Part shown: in pieces, positions 39,596-50,327 of the stretch
How the letters are laid out: every line of letters begins with the position of its first letter
How positions within the stretch are numbered: position 1 is the first letter of the stretch
Source: Malacoraja senta
Taxonomy: Eukaryota
Assembly (NCBI GenBank): GCA_038087875.1
Contig: CM075994.1
Span: forward strand, 496,001-560,000
Direction: 5' to 3'
DNA length: 64,000 bases
Notes under the pieces: generated by a model
The model's input: only the letters and a program-made list of their open reading frames with translations
Told to the model about the DNA's origin: nothing
Database searches by the model: none
Program-made: the position numbers and the translations under genes

Positions 39596-39994
39596 CTGTC
39601 TTAGTGTGGTAATTGTAGACCGTTAATGTCACGTTGTCTTTCACGCTGTTGTTTCCGCCGCTGTAAATCAATATCTCGTACACTCCGCTGTCACTGCGCC
39701 GTAAATCCCGCAGTAACAGGGACCCATTTTCGGGGTAGAGTTGGACTCGCCCCGTGTGGGAAGGACTGGCCATCCAGCGAACTGAACAGTTACAACCGGG
39801 TCGGTCAGGGTGTAGAGGGCAGTCAGATCGGCTCAGTCTCACAAGCGGAGTTGTGGTGTTGTGCAAACGCCACACTAATGTTAGCTGGGAGCAGGGACCG
39901 AGTGTGGAGTAGCAGCTGGCGAGAAGGGCCGAGCGGCCGACGGTCCCGTTCACTTCTCTCTCACGGACGCTCACGGAGACTCTGCTTCCCGAGG
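39596..39994 (-). CDS. Ig-superfamily receptor gene, exon 2: V-set Ig domain (HEPACAM/CEACAM/CD2-like N-domain)
   Basis: Acceptor ctgttgtgtgttgcag|CC and donor ACAG|GTAGGA; 399 nt, phase 1-1, open frame. V-set motifs: VNGTVGRSALL, W in VWRL, RVQLYPENGSLLLRDLRRSDSGVY, VTLTVY. Six N-glycosylation sequons. Confidence 0.9.
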
Positions 39995-40299
39995 CTGCAA
40001 CACAACAGGTAAAGGATCAACGGGTCCCGGTTACAATCCCAGCCCCGGGACACGATCGTCCCCGTATGACCGTGAGGTCAGGCAGCATGTGAGGAGGGGG
40101 AGGGGGGGGGAGCTGCCGGCGACTCAACAAGGCGATACTGACCCAGGCTGCGGCGAAGGTGTGGGGTGGGAGTGGCAGGGAGGGGAGGGGGGAGAGGGAG
40201 GGTAGGGGAAGGGGAGTGGGCGGGATGGTGGGGGAAGAGTAAGTGGGTGAAGGGTGGGGGTGGGGAGAAAATAAACTCGGAGCGGAAGGAGGGTGATGC

Positions 40300-41230
40300 G
40301 AGTGGGAGGTGAGGGTGGGGGTGGGGGAGGTGAGGGAGTGGGAGTTGAGGGTGGGGGGAGTGGGAGTTGAGGGTGGGGGGGGTGGGAGGTGAGGGTGGGG
40401 GGAGTGGGAGGTGAGGGTGGGGGGAGTGGGAGGTGAGGGTGGGGGGAGTGGGAGGTGAGGGTGGGTGGAGTGGGAGGTGAGGGTGGGGGGAGTGGGATGT
40501 GAGGGTGGGGGGTGGGAGTTCAGATTGGGAGGTGAGGGTGGGGTGGGGGGTGGGAGGTGAGGGTGGGGGGAGTGGGAGGTGAGGATGGGGGGAGTGAGAT
40601 GTGAAGGTGGGGGTGGGAGTTGAGGGTGGGTGATGAGGGTGGGGTGGGGGTGGGAGGTGAGGGTGGGGGGTGGGAGGTGAGTGTGGGGGTAGGACGTGAA
40701 TGTGGGGGGGGGTGAGGGTGGGAGTAGTGGGAAGTAAGGGTGGGGGGTGAGGGTGGGGGGTGAGAGGGGGGGGTGGGGGGTGGGACGTGAGGGCGGGTGG
40801 AGTGGTGAGAGTGGGGGGAGTGGGACGTGAGGGTGGGGTGGGGGGTGGGAGGTGAGGATGGGGGGAGTGGGAGGTGAGGGTGGGGGGTGGGACGTGAGGG
40901 CGGGTGGAGTGGTGAGAGTGGGGGGAGTGGGAGGTGAGGGTGGGGTGGGGGGTGGGAGGTGAGGATGGGGGGAGTGGGAGGTGAGGGTGGGAGGTGGGGT
41001 GGGAGGTGGGAGGTGAGTGTGGGGGGGACGTGAATGTGGGGGGGGGGGTGAGGGTGGGAGTAGTGGGAGGTGAGGGTGGGAGTAGTGGGAGGTAAGGGTG
41101 GGGGTGTGGGAGTTGAGGGCGGGTGGAGTGGTGAGAGTGGGGGGGAGTGGGCGGTGGGGGTGGGGGCAATGGTGAGGGTGGGGGGGAGTGGGAGGTGAGG
41201 GTGGGGGTTGTTGGAGGTAAGGGTGGGGGG
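40300..41230 (+). repeat. G-rich minisatellite, ~22-bp unit GGGAGGTGAGGGTGGGGGGAGT with variants
   Basis: Directly visible tandem units, e.g. 40384-40470; extreme G skew on the + strand. Confidence 0.9.
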
Positions 41231-41618
41231 AGTGGAGTAGAAGGGAGTGGGTGGATGTGGAGAGGGTATGGGCGGGAATGTGGGGAGAGGGAGGGTGTGA
41301 GAGCGGAGAGTGGAGGGTGTTAGAAGAGGGCTGGGGGATGGGGAAGGAGGGAGAGGAGTGGGAAGGGTGGGGAAGATGAGGGTGAGAGTAGGAAAAGAGG
41401 GGTTTGGAGGGACTACCGGGTTGGGACGGTGTATATATGTTGGGGGCGGGGAATGCTAAGTGTGAATACTCGCTGCGACAACACACTCGGGGAATAGGCT
41501 TTAACTCAATATACCCGGCCCCCTACTAGAGCTTTACCGGCTGTGAAATGTTCCCCGGGGTCACGAAGACGCTCTTCGGATCACAGTGCTTTTGAAGAGC
41601 AGAACCGATACACAAAAG

Positions 41619-41658
41619 CAAAGATCCTATAGCAATAGCAATAGCTATATGATCTTTG
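41619..41658. mobile_element. 40-bp mini-MITE (TIR CAAAGATCCTATAGC, one mismatch), 8-bp TSD
   Basis: CACAAAAG duplicated at 41611-41618 and 41659-41666. Confidence 0.8.
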
Positions 41659-43548
41659 CACAAAAGGGCTGGGACAAACTGGCCTTCTTCGGCTCACGGG
41701 GATAGACTTCGGCTTTGTTTAAGACAGGGGCCAGTCTGAATTAGATTTCACAGAGTGAGGCTAAACGCAACGGAGGAACGGCATCTCATATTTCGCTTGG
41801 GCAGCTTACAGCCCAGTGGTATGAATATTGATTTCTCTCACTTCAGGTAGCCCGGGCATTCCCTCTCTCCCCATTCCTCCCCCACCCAAGTCGCACTAGC
41901 TTCTCATTTTCAACTTACAAACAGCTAACAATGGCCTGTTTCCGTTATCATCGTTACTTTTTTGCGTATCTTTCATTCATTGTTCTTTGTCTCTCCACAT
42001 CACCATTTATATCAAAGATCCTATAGCTCCCCCCTAACCAGTCTCAAGAAGAAATCTCAACCCGAAACGTCACCCATTCCTTCTCTCCAGTGATGCTGCC
42101 TGTCCCGCCGAGTTACTCCAGCTCTTTGTGTCTATCTTAGATTTCCACTGATCCTTTATTTCCGCCAAAAGTCACATATATTTGAGAGTCCGCTCTCCCT
42201 ACGCTGCCCCAACCATCACTCCTTCTAATCTACACCATCCCTCTCCCACCGCTCCTTCTACACCGTCCCAACCCCTAGTCCCTCCAAACCCCTATTTTCT
42301 CTACAGCGTCCCACAAAGCCAGAGCTACTCATTTCAAGCGGCAGTTGCCCGCTGCGGTTGGCATCTCCACATTACAATACATGTTCATTTAGTTTAGTTC
42401 AGAGACACAGCACGGGAAACAGGACCTTCGGCCCACCGAGTCCGCGCCGACCAGCGATCCCCACACACTATCCTACACACACTTGGGACAATTTGTATTT
42501 ATACCAAGCCAATTGACCTTCAAACCTGCACGTCTTGGGAGTGTGGGAGGAAACTGAAGATCTCGGAGAAAACCCACGCAGGTCACCGAACAAACTCCGT
42601 GACAGACAGCACCCGATGTCAGTATCGAACCCTGGTCTCCGGCGCTGCAAGCGCTGTTAGGTAGCAACTCTACCGCAGCGCCATTCAAAACTAAATCACA
42701 GTAAAAAAAATCCAGAGGAAAATACTACACCTACCTCAAACACAGGCGTGTTTTTGTGTAGGAAGGAACTGCAGGTGCTGGTTTAAACCGAAGATAGACA
42801 CAAAATGCTGGAGTAACTCGGCGGGTCAGGCAGCGTCTCTGGAGAGAAGGAATGGGTGACGTTTCGGGTCGAGACCCTTCTTCAGAGTCAAACGTCACAA
42901 TTCCAAACCCAAACGTCACCCATTCCTTGTCTCCGAATATGCAGCCTGTCCCGCTGAGTTACTCCAGCATTTTGTCTTTACATGTTCACTGTTCATTGCA
43001 GTCGCATTATGAAAGTTTTGTTTAATTTCCGAGGATAACACAGCTGCCCTGTCCGTTCCTATACTGAGGGGGGGGGGAGGGGGGGGAGGGGGGGGGGGAT
43101 GATGTGGTCCATCGCACAGTAACCTCTCCTCTTTCCACCAGAAACACAAGTTGGAGTGTCCAGGCCAGCGACGAGAGGTGGCGGGGATCTCATCTGATGA
43201 AAACTGGAAAAAAGTGCTGCGATAATTTGCGAGAATGTTGCCGGGACCCAAGGTCTGGGCTATAGGGAGAGGTTGAACAGGCTAGGACTATTTCCTTGGA
43301 GCGCAAGAGGATGAGTCGTGAGTGTTTTACTTATGTCCCAGATAGAACAGTGGAATTGTTACTTGCAGCAGCACAATAGAATATGTAAACATTGTACACT
43401 GTAAAGAATATAATTCACGACAGAGGGAAAACAAGTTCAGTGTGTGTATATATGCACATACAAACACACATCTATATGTAGATCAAAGATACACTCAAAA
43501 GGCTGGAGTAACTCTGCGGGACAGGCAGCGTCTCTGGAGAGAAGGAAT

Positions 43549-43584
43549 GGGTGACGTTTCGGGTCGAGACCCTTCTTCAGACTG
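43549..43584 (-). ncRNA. Minimal type I hammerhead ribozyme motif
   Basis: Reverse complement reads cagt-CTGAAGA-A-GGGTCTCGACCC-GAAAC-GTC-accc. Confidence 0.65.
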
Positions 43585-45186
43585 GTTAGGGATAAGGGAA
43601 GCAAGAGATATAGACGTTGATGTAGAAAAACAAAGAACAATGAATGAAAGATATTCAAAAAAGTAAGGACGATAAAGGAAACAGGCCATTGTATATATAT
43701 GCGTGTTTGTGAGTATGTGCATGTATACATACATTGAACAATAATACCAACAATAATAGTGCAATAATAATCTATGTAGTTCAGAGCTAATGGTGGTGAT
43801 GAGAGAGAGGGAGAGAGCGAGCGAGGGGCAGAAGAGAGAGGGAGGGAGAGGGAAAGGGATAGAGAGAGGGAGAGAGAGAGAGAGACCAAACAAGACCACA
43901 CTTCAAAGTTAACACCGGCTCAGCGAACTACTGTACACTTTGCTAATTGGGGGATTGTGCTATGGTATGGCCATACTTTACTGAACTATATTACAGATGA
44001 CAATAAAGCACCATTGAACCATTGAAGAGGCCACGCACCCAACCAACTGGTTGATAAATTTTAAGTTTCAAGAAAATCTTGCATTTGAAGAAAATTTGAA
44101 GAAATAGCACAATTCACAACAATATGAACTTTGAAATGAGTTGCCCAATAATATCGAATGTAGAGTGAAAGTAGCACAGAAGACCATTCAGCCTTCCATT
44201 TCATGCTGGCTCTTTACAGAATAACTCGCTGGTTCCACACAGAATTCTCCATAGTTTTGTAATTATTTTAATGGGCATATTTCTCCACTTCCCTCTTAGG
44301 AACCACAATGGAACCTAGCCCCACAACCCCAGACAACAGTGTGTTCCAGATCTCAACTTAATGCTTTATTAAACAAAAACATTCTTCTACCCAGAGATTC
44401 TGCCTGTCTCGCTGAGATACTCCAGCATTTTGTGTCTGTCTTTGGTGCAGACCGGTGGTACCTGCAGTTCCTTCCGACAAGTTTCATCTCATGTTGCTCT
44501 AAATAGACGGGAAAGGTTTGGAGGGACATCAAGCAAGTGGGAATAAGTAGTGAGGCAACATGGTTAGTATAGACAAGTTGAGCCGAAGGGTCTGATTCCA
44601 TGCTATATAACTATGACCATCACACTACCCCTTTATTTCACTCCCATGACTTCCAATCCTCGATCGCTCCTTGAAGAAAACAGCCTCCTACATCTAGACC
44701 TTTCATTATTCTATATATTTATCATCAAATCAACCTCTCTTGCATAATAAAAGCTGCACAGCCCCTCTAATCCCTCGACATAACCATTCACTCATACTCT
44801 TCCATATTCTCCAAGTGTTAGTATAGTTTATTGGCAGTATGCCGAGGTACAATGAAAAGCTTTTGTTGCGTGCTAACTAGTCAGTGGAAAGACAATACAT
44901 GGTTAAAATCAAGCCATCCATGGCGTACCGACACCAGATAAAGGAAATACATTTAGTGCAAGATAAGGTCCAGTCAAGTCTGATCAAAGATAGTTCGAGG
45001 GTCTCCAATGAGGTAGATATTATCTCATGTGGGCTTGTAGGTTATTTGGTCTCCGTACATTGCTATTAATGTGTAGGGAGTGGATGACAAGTGGATGTTT
45101 TCAAGAGAGAGTTAGATTTCGCCATCAGGACTGACGGAATCACGGGTTATCTGGAGAAAGCAGGAACAGGGTACTGATTCTGCATG

Positions 45187-45400
45187 TTAAAGAAGGAACT
45201 GCAGATGCTGGAAAATCGAAGGTACACAAAAATGCTGGAGAATCTCAGCGGGTGCAGCAGCATCTATGGAGCGAAGGAAATAGGCAACGTTTCGGGCTGA
45301 AACAGGTCTGAAGAAGGGTTTCGGCCTGAAACGTTGCCTATTTCCTTCGCTCCATAGATGCTGCTGCACCCGCTGAGTTTCTCCAGCATTTTTGTGTACC
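45187..45400. mobile_element. Penelope-derived inverted-repeat insertion; 15-bp TSD
   Basis: TSD TACTGATTCTGCATG at 45172-45186 and 45401-45415; same arms as 15613-15851. Confidence 0.85.
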
Positions 45401-46346
45401 TACTGATTCTGCATGATTGGCAGTGATCACATTGAATGGCGGTGCTGGCTCAAAGGGCCAAATGGCCTACTCCTACACCTATTTTCTATGTTTCTATGAA
45501 TAGCACAGAACTAGTGTGCATTGGTGATCAATGGTCTGCGTGGACTTGGTGGGTTGAAAGGCCAGTTTCCATTCTGTACGGAGTCATAGAGTCATGCAGG
45601 ATGGAAACTGGCCCCTCAGCCAAACCTGCCCTTGCCGACCAAAATGCCCCATCTACACTAGTCTTAGTGTATATTACAGATGACAATAAAGCACCATTGA
45701 ACCATTGAAGAGGCCACGCACCCAACCAACTGGTTGATAAATTTTAAGTTTGAAGAAAATCTTGCACACAGTATGTTGTCCCATATCCCTCTAAACCTTT
45801 CTTATCCATCCTGTATCTGTAAATGTTTCTGGGTCCTCTCTATCACGTTCACACCCTTTCTAAAATGGTTGATCAGAATTGAATATATCACTCCAGTTTG
45901 AGGTTGAACCAGTGTTTCACAAATAGTTCTGTGTGACTTCTCTGCTTCTAACCTCTAGCGTTCTATGAATCAAACTCATGTTTGCGTGTACCTTATTAAC
46001 TGCTTTCTCAATACGCCTTGTCACGTACCATGACTTGTACACACGTAAAGAGTAAAGCAGCCACTTTGCACAGATGAGGTTCCCACAAGGAGAAAGCCGG
46101 TGTGATTCAACCATTTGTATCAGTGACATGAAGAGCTGTTTAGTTTAATTTAGAGATTCAATGCAGAAACAAACCCTTCAGCCCATCGAGTATGCGCCGA
46201 CCAGAGATCCCTGTACAACTAGCTCTCTCCTACACACTGGCGACAATTTACCATTTACAGAAGCCAATTAACTGACAACCCTGTACGTCTTTGGAGAGTG
46301 GGAGGAAACCGGAGCACCTAGTTTCTATATACACATACTCACAAGT

Positions 46347-46385
<39 letters not shown>

Positions 46386-46841
46386 AATACACATACACAC
46401 ATACTTAAACAACAATGTTGGTCAATAAATATAATGGGAAGTGAGAAATGTTGAACAAACAAACAGCAGATGCTGGAATCTGGAGGGAAAAAAATAAAGT
46501 GCGGGAGGAACTGAGTGGTTTGGGCAGATCTATGGGGGGAAATGGCGTCCCTTTTAGCAGTTAGTATTTTGGAGCATAAAACATAACAGTAGAGGAGACA
46601 CATGAAATTGCAGGTGCTGGAAACAATCAAACAAGCAAAGTGCAGGAGGAATTCTGTGGGTCTGGCAGTATCAGCCGGAAGAACAGTCTCGACCTGAAAC
46701 GTTGTCTCTCCACAGATGCCGACTGACCATTTGAGTTTCACCAGCACTTGGTGATTTTCTCACATAACAGTGCAGAGCAGGAATAGTCCCATTGACCCAC
46801 CCGCCATGGACCGAGGATCTGCGCCACTGACCGGGAATGAA

Positions 46842-47326
46842 ACGATACGATAGAGCTTTATTTATCCCAGGAGGTAAATTGATCTGCCAATAGTCATAAA
46901 ACACAAAATACATGAAACATGAAATTAAAATGACGAGTGGAAAGGATTGGAGATGTGCAAAGATTCGGGAGGAGCGGATGGTGGGGGAGATGGGGAAGGG
47001 GAGTCCGTCTACCCCACGACAGTAGGGGTAGGATTTATGCAGTTTGATAGCCATTGGTAAAACGATCTCATGTGGCGTTCTGTGCTGCATCTTAGTGGAA
47101 CCAGTCTTTTGCTGAAGGTGCTCCTCAGGTTGACCAGTGTGTCATGGAGGGGGTGAGCTGTATTGTCCAAGATGCTCTGCAGTTTGAAGAGCATTCTCCC
47201 CTCTAGATCACCACCCATGAACCCAATTCCTTCCCCAGGATGGAGCCAGCCTTTTTGATGATTTTGTTGATTCTGTTGGGGTCCGTGGCCTTCACTCTGC
47301 TGCCCAGCACACGACAGCGAAGAAGC
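46842..47326 (-). mobile_element. Rex1/Babar-like LINE 3' fragment
   Basis: HPLHDTLVNLRSTFSKRLVP; same family as 5266-5925. Confidence 0.7.
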
Positions 47327-48854
47327 TCCTGCCCAGAGTGGAGGGAGTGGGCCGGAGGGCCGGTGAGCAGACCGACTGTGGGAGGGGGAGCACAGCCTCG
47401 ATGGGGGAGTGGGCCGCTGGAGGCCCTGCAGCAACCTGGGGCTCGGCTGGACCGGGCGCCGCTCCAAGAGGCCGAGCACGTGGACCGCACGTGGCCTACA
47501 GCGGTGGAGCAGTGATGGAGAACACCACGGCTCTGCTTGGCCAGGCCGACCCTGCAACTTGACCAGGACAACAGACCTTCATGATCAGGTCAAGATCACT
47601 GCACTCACAACAACTGGGACTTGGAACTGTCGCCAAACTGGGAACTCTGTACTTTGTCTCAGTGTACTACTGTGATACACTTGTACTGTAGCTGAGATGC
47701 TGATCTAAGATGCATCTCTGTGCTTATGTATAGTGATACTTGTACTGAACTGTACACAAAAATGAATTTCACTGTACCTCGAGTGTCTGGAGTTGTGGAG
47801 AGAAAGCAGGGGAATGGGGTTGAGAGGGAGAGATAGATCAGCCATGATTGAATGGTGGAGTAGACTTGATGGGCCACAAGGTCTAATTCTGCTCCTATCA
47901 CTTGTGTGCTTAAGTGAGATATAAAGACCATTGAACTATTGAACGTTCGGCCCACAATGTCCATGAAGAACGCAATGCCTATCTTAACTAATCTCCAGTG
48001 AATTGGCCTCTACTGCCTTCTGTGGCAGAGAATTCCACAGATTCACAACTCTCTGGATGAAAATGTTTTTCCTTATCTCAGTCCTAAATGGTCTACCCCT
48101 TATTCTTAAACTGTGACCGCTGGATCTGGATTCCCCCAACAGCCCCTTCAGCCCAACTTGCCCACACCGGCCAACATTGCTCAGCTACACTAACAGGCGC
48201 ATCGCATGGTGGCATAGGTGGGCCGAGGAATGACCACTGTTATATATAATTTTGTATGAAACACAAAGTGCCGAAGTGACTCAGCGGGTCAGGCATAATC
48301 CAGAGAAGCATGGAGTCACAGAGTGATACAACGTGGAAACAGGCCCTTCGGCCAACCGAGTCCACGCCAACCAGCCTACACACACTCGGGATAATTTTAC
48401 AATTTACTGCAGACTTGAATTAGTAAACAATTGATCTTGAATTAATCTCCACCAGACGTTCTTCTAACACAAACCCGACCTGCTGGTAATCCCTTTGTGC
48501 AGTAACAATTTAGAGTCATAGAGTGATACAGTGTGGAAACAGGCACTTCAGCCCAACTTGCCCACATGGCCAACTTTCCCCAGCTGCACTAGTCCCTCCA
48601 AACCTGTCCTATCCATGTTCCTGGCTAACTTTCTTAAACGTTGGATATAGTCCCAGCCTCAACTACCTCCTCTGGCAGATTGTTCCATTCTCCTACTAAA
48701 TCTTTTCCCCGTCACCTTAAATCTATGTCCCCTGGTCCTCGATACCCCTACTCCCCGATCTATTCCTCTCGTGATTTTATACACTGTGGAGGATTCCGAT
48801 GTGGAGGGAACTCGCATCACAACAAAGGAAAATAAAACAATCTCACCCACTTAC

Positions 48855-48948
48855 CCGAGAGACAAGCCCAAGTGGCAACGAGGATGAAAATGCTGAAGAA
48901 ATCATTTTCCCTGCGAGCCCTTCGCCGCGGTGTACGACGCTCGGACAT
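48855..48948 (-). CDS. Ig-superfamily receptor gene, exon 1 (start codon + signal peptide): MSERRTPRRRARRENDFFSIFILVATWACLS
   Basis: ATG at 48948. Basic N-region followed by a hydrophobic FFSIFILVATWACL core. Ends in a consensus donor G|GTAAGT in phase 1, matching the phase-1 acceptor of the V exon (junction codon GCC). Confidence 0.8.
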
Positions 48949-49877
48949 CACCCGTTCGAAGGTGTCTTGCGGCGCTTCAGCGAAAGCGGGTACTAGTCAC
49001 AAAAACACAGCGGCGGAGCGGTGGAGTAACTGCCTTACAGCGCTTGCAGCGCCAGAGCCCTGGGTTCGATCCCGACCTCGGGTGCTGTCTGTACGGAGTT
49101 TGTACCTTCTCCCCGTGACCCGCGCGGGTTTTCTCCGAGATCTTCGGTTTAAAATTGGTATAAATGTAAAATTGTCTCTAGTGTGTGTATGATAGTGTTA
49201 GTGTGCTGGGCATCGCTGCTCGGTGCGGATTAGTTGTTTCCGCGCTGTACCACTAAACTACAAACTAAATGAAACAGAACTGCATCGGGGCCAACAATCG
49301 CAGAGGTAAAGCGAAACGTCTCCTCTGTCAGGTTTCAAGTCGAAATTGCAGGAGGCGACAGTTCTTGTCGAGAAGCGGGTCTGGGAGGGGGAGGTGTTTA
49401 ATTTCGTTCGGCTCTCCATCTGAACAACTCGCGGGTGCAAACACTTTCCACAGCAATCTGTGTACAGTAACATTTTGTGTCGATCTTCGGTGTAAACTGG
49501 CTTCCGTAGTTCCTTCTTGTATAAAATCATGAGGGGAATAGATCGGCGAGATGCACAAAGTCTCTTGCCCAGAGTAGGTGAAGCGAGCACCAGAGGGCAT
49601 GGCTTTCCGGTGAAGGGGAAAAGATTTAATTGGCCAGCTTACAACCCAGCAGTATGAACGCCAATGTCTCTAATTTCCAGTAACTCCTCCATTCCTATCC
49701 TTCCCCTATCTCCCCCATCCCCCACCCTAGTCAGCCTTCTAGATCCACTGTTCGCATCCTTGTACCCCTGTCAAGTATGCACATTTTCCCTGTGACCGTG
49801 TGGGTTTCCTCCAGGTGCTCCGGCTTTCTCCCACATCCTGAAGTTTGCGGGTTTGTGGGTTAACTGGCTTCTCCAAA

Positions 49878-50327
49878 GGGCCTGTCCCACTTGGGCGACC
49901 TAATCCCCGAGTTCTGGCTAGTTTGCCCTCGACTCATACTCGCAGCATGGTCGACACAAGGTCGTAGGAGGTCTTCGTAACTCTCCTTCATGCTCGAGAG
50001 TGGTCTCCGCGTACTCGAGGCCTCAGCTAGGTCGCGGTGTTTTTTTCAATATGTTAAAAAAATGCCCGCGAGTAAAAAAAGGTTGCCATGGAAAAAATCT
50101 ATACTTTTTTTACTCGTTAGTCGTAGTAGGTCCTAGTAGGTCGGCATGTTAGTCATAGGTAATCGAGGGTAGTCGAAGGTAGTCGAGGGTAGTCATAGAT
50201 AGTCTTCATCATAGTCGAAGGGAGGTCGAAGGGACGTCAAAGAAGATAGTCGAAGGAGGTCTTCAACATGTCATTTTTTCAAACTCTTCCAAACTCTTCC
50301 AAACTCACCAATTAGGTCGCCCAAGTG
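49878..50327. mobile_element. Non-autonomous DNA transposon (TIR GGGCCTGTCCCACTTGGGCGACCTAAT; right TIR truncated), possibly PIF/Harbinger-like
   Basis: CACTTGGGCGACCTAAT (49888-49904) is the reverse complement of ATTAGGTCGCCCAAGTG (50311-50327). Internal TAGTCG repeats; nested in a SINE. Confidence 0.6.

Larger units (their letters stand above)
29080..39776. repeat. Tandem array of four ~2.68 kb units (about 29080-31759, 31760-34433, 34434-37114, 37115-39776) in intron 2, ending inside the V exon
   Basis: The anchor ATCAGGCTCTTGAGCACTGC recurs at 29080, 31760, 34434 and 37115. Near-identical ORF translations recur at the same spacing. Confidence 0.95.

Noticed and set aside
29080..39776. 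CRISPR-like or prokaryotic repeat system
   Set aside because: The context is vertebrate, and the units are kilobase-scale duplications without a repeat-spacer structure.
39596..39994. Rearranging Ig/TCR/IgNAR V segment, or assigning the symbol HEPACAM
   Set aside because: There is no YYC motif or RSS heptamer, and the exon contains its own G strand and splice donor. The similarity to HEPACAM is only family-level and no C2 exon was found.
40017..41486. 489-aa and 363-aa Pro/His/Thr-rich ORFs (extensin/mucin-like)
   Set aside because: They are translations of the C-rich strand of the minisatellite, which lacks stop codons by composition; there is no splice or domain support.
43138..43192. Alternative first exon MRSPPPLVAGLDTPTCVS
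   Set aside because: No hydrophobic core and a weak donor (GTGGAA); 48948-48855 fits far better.
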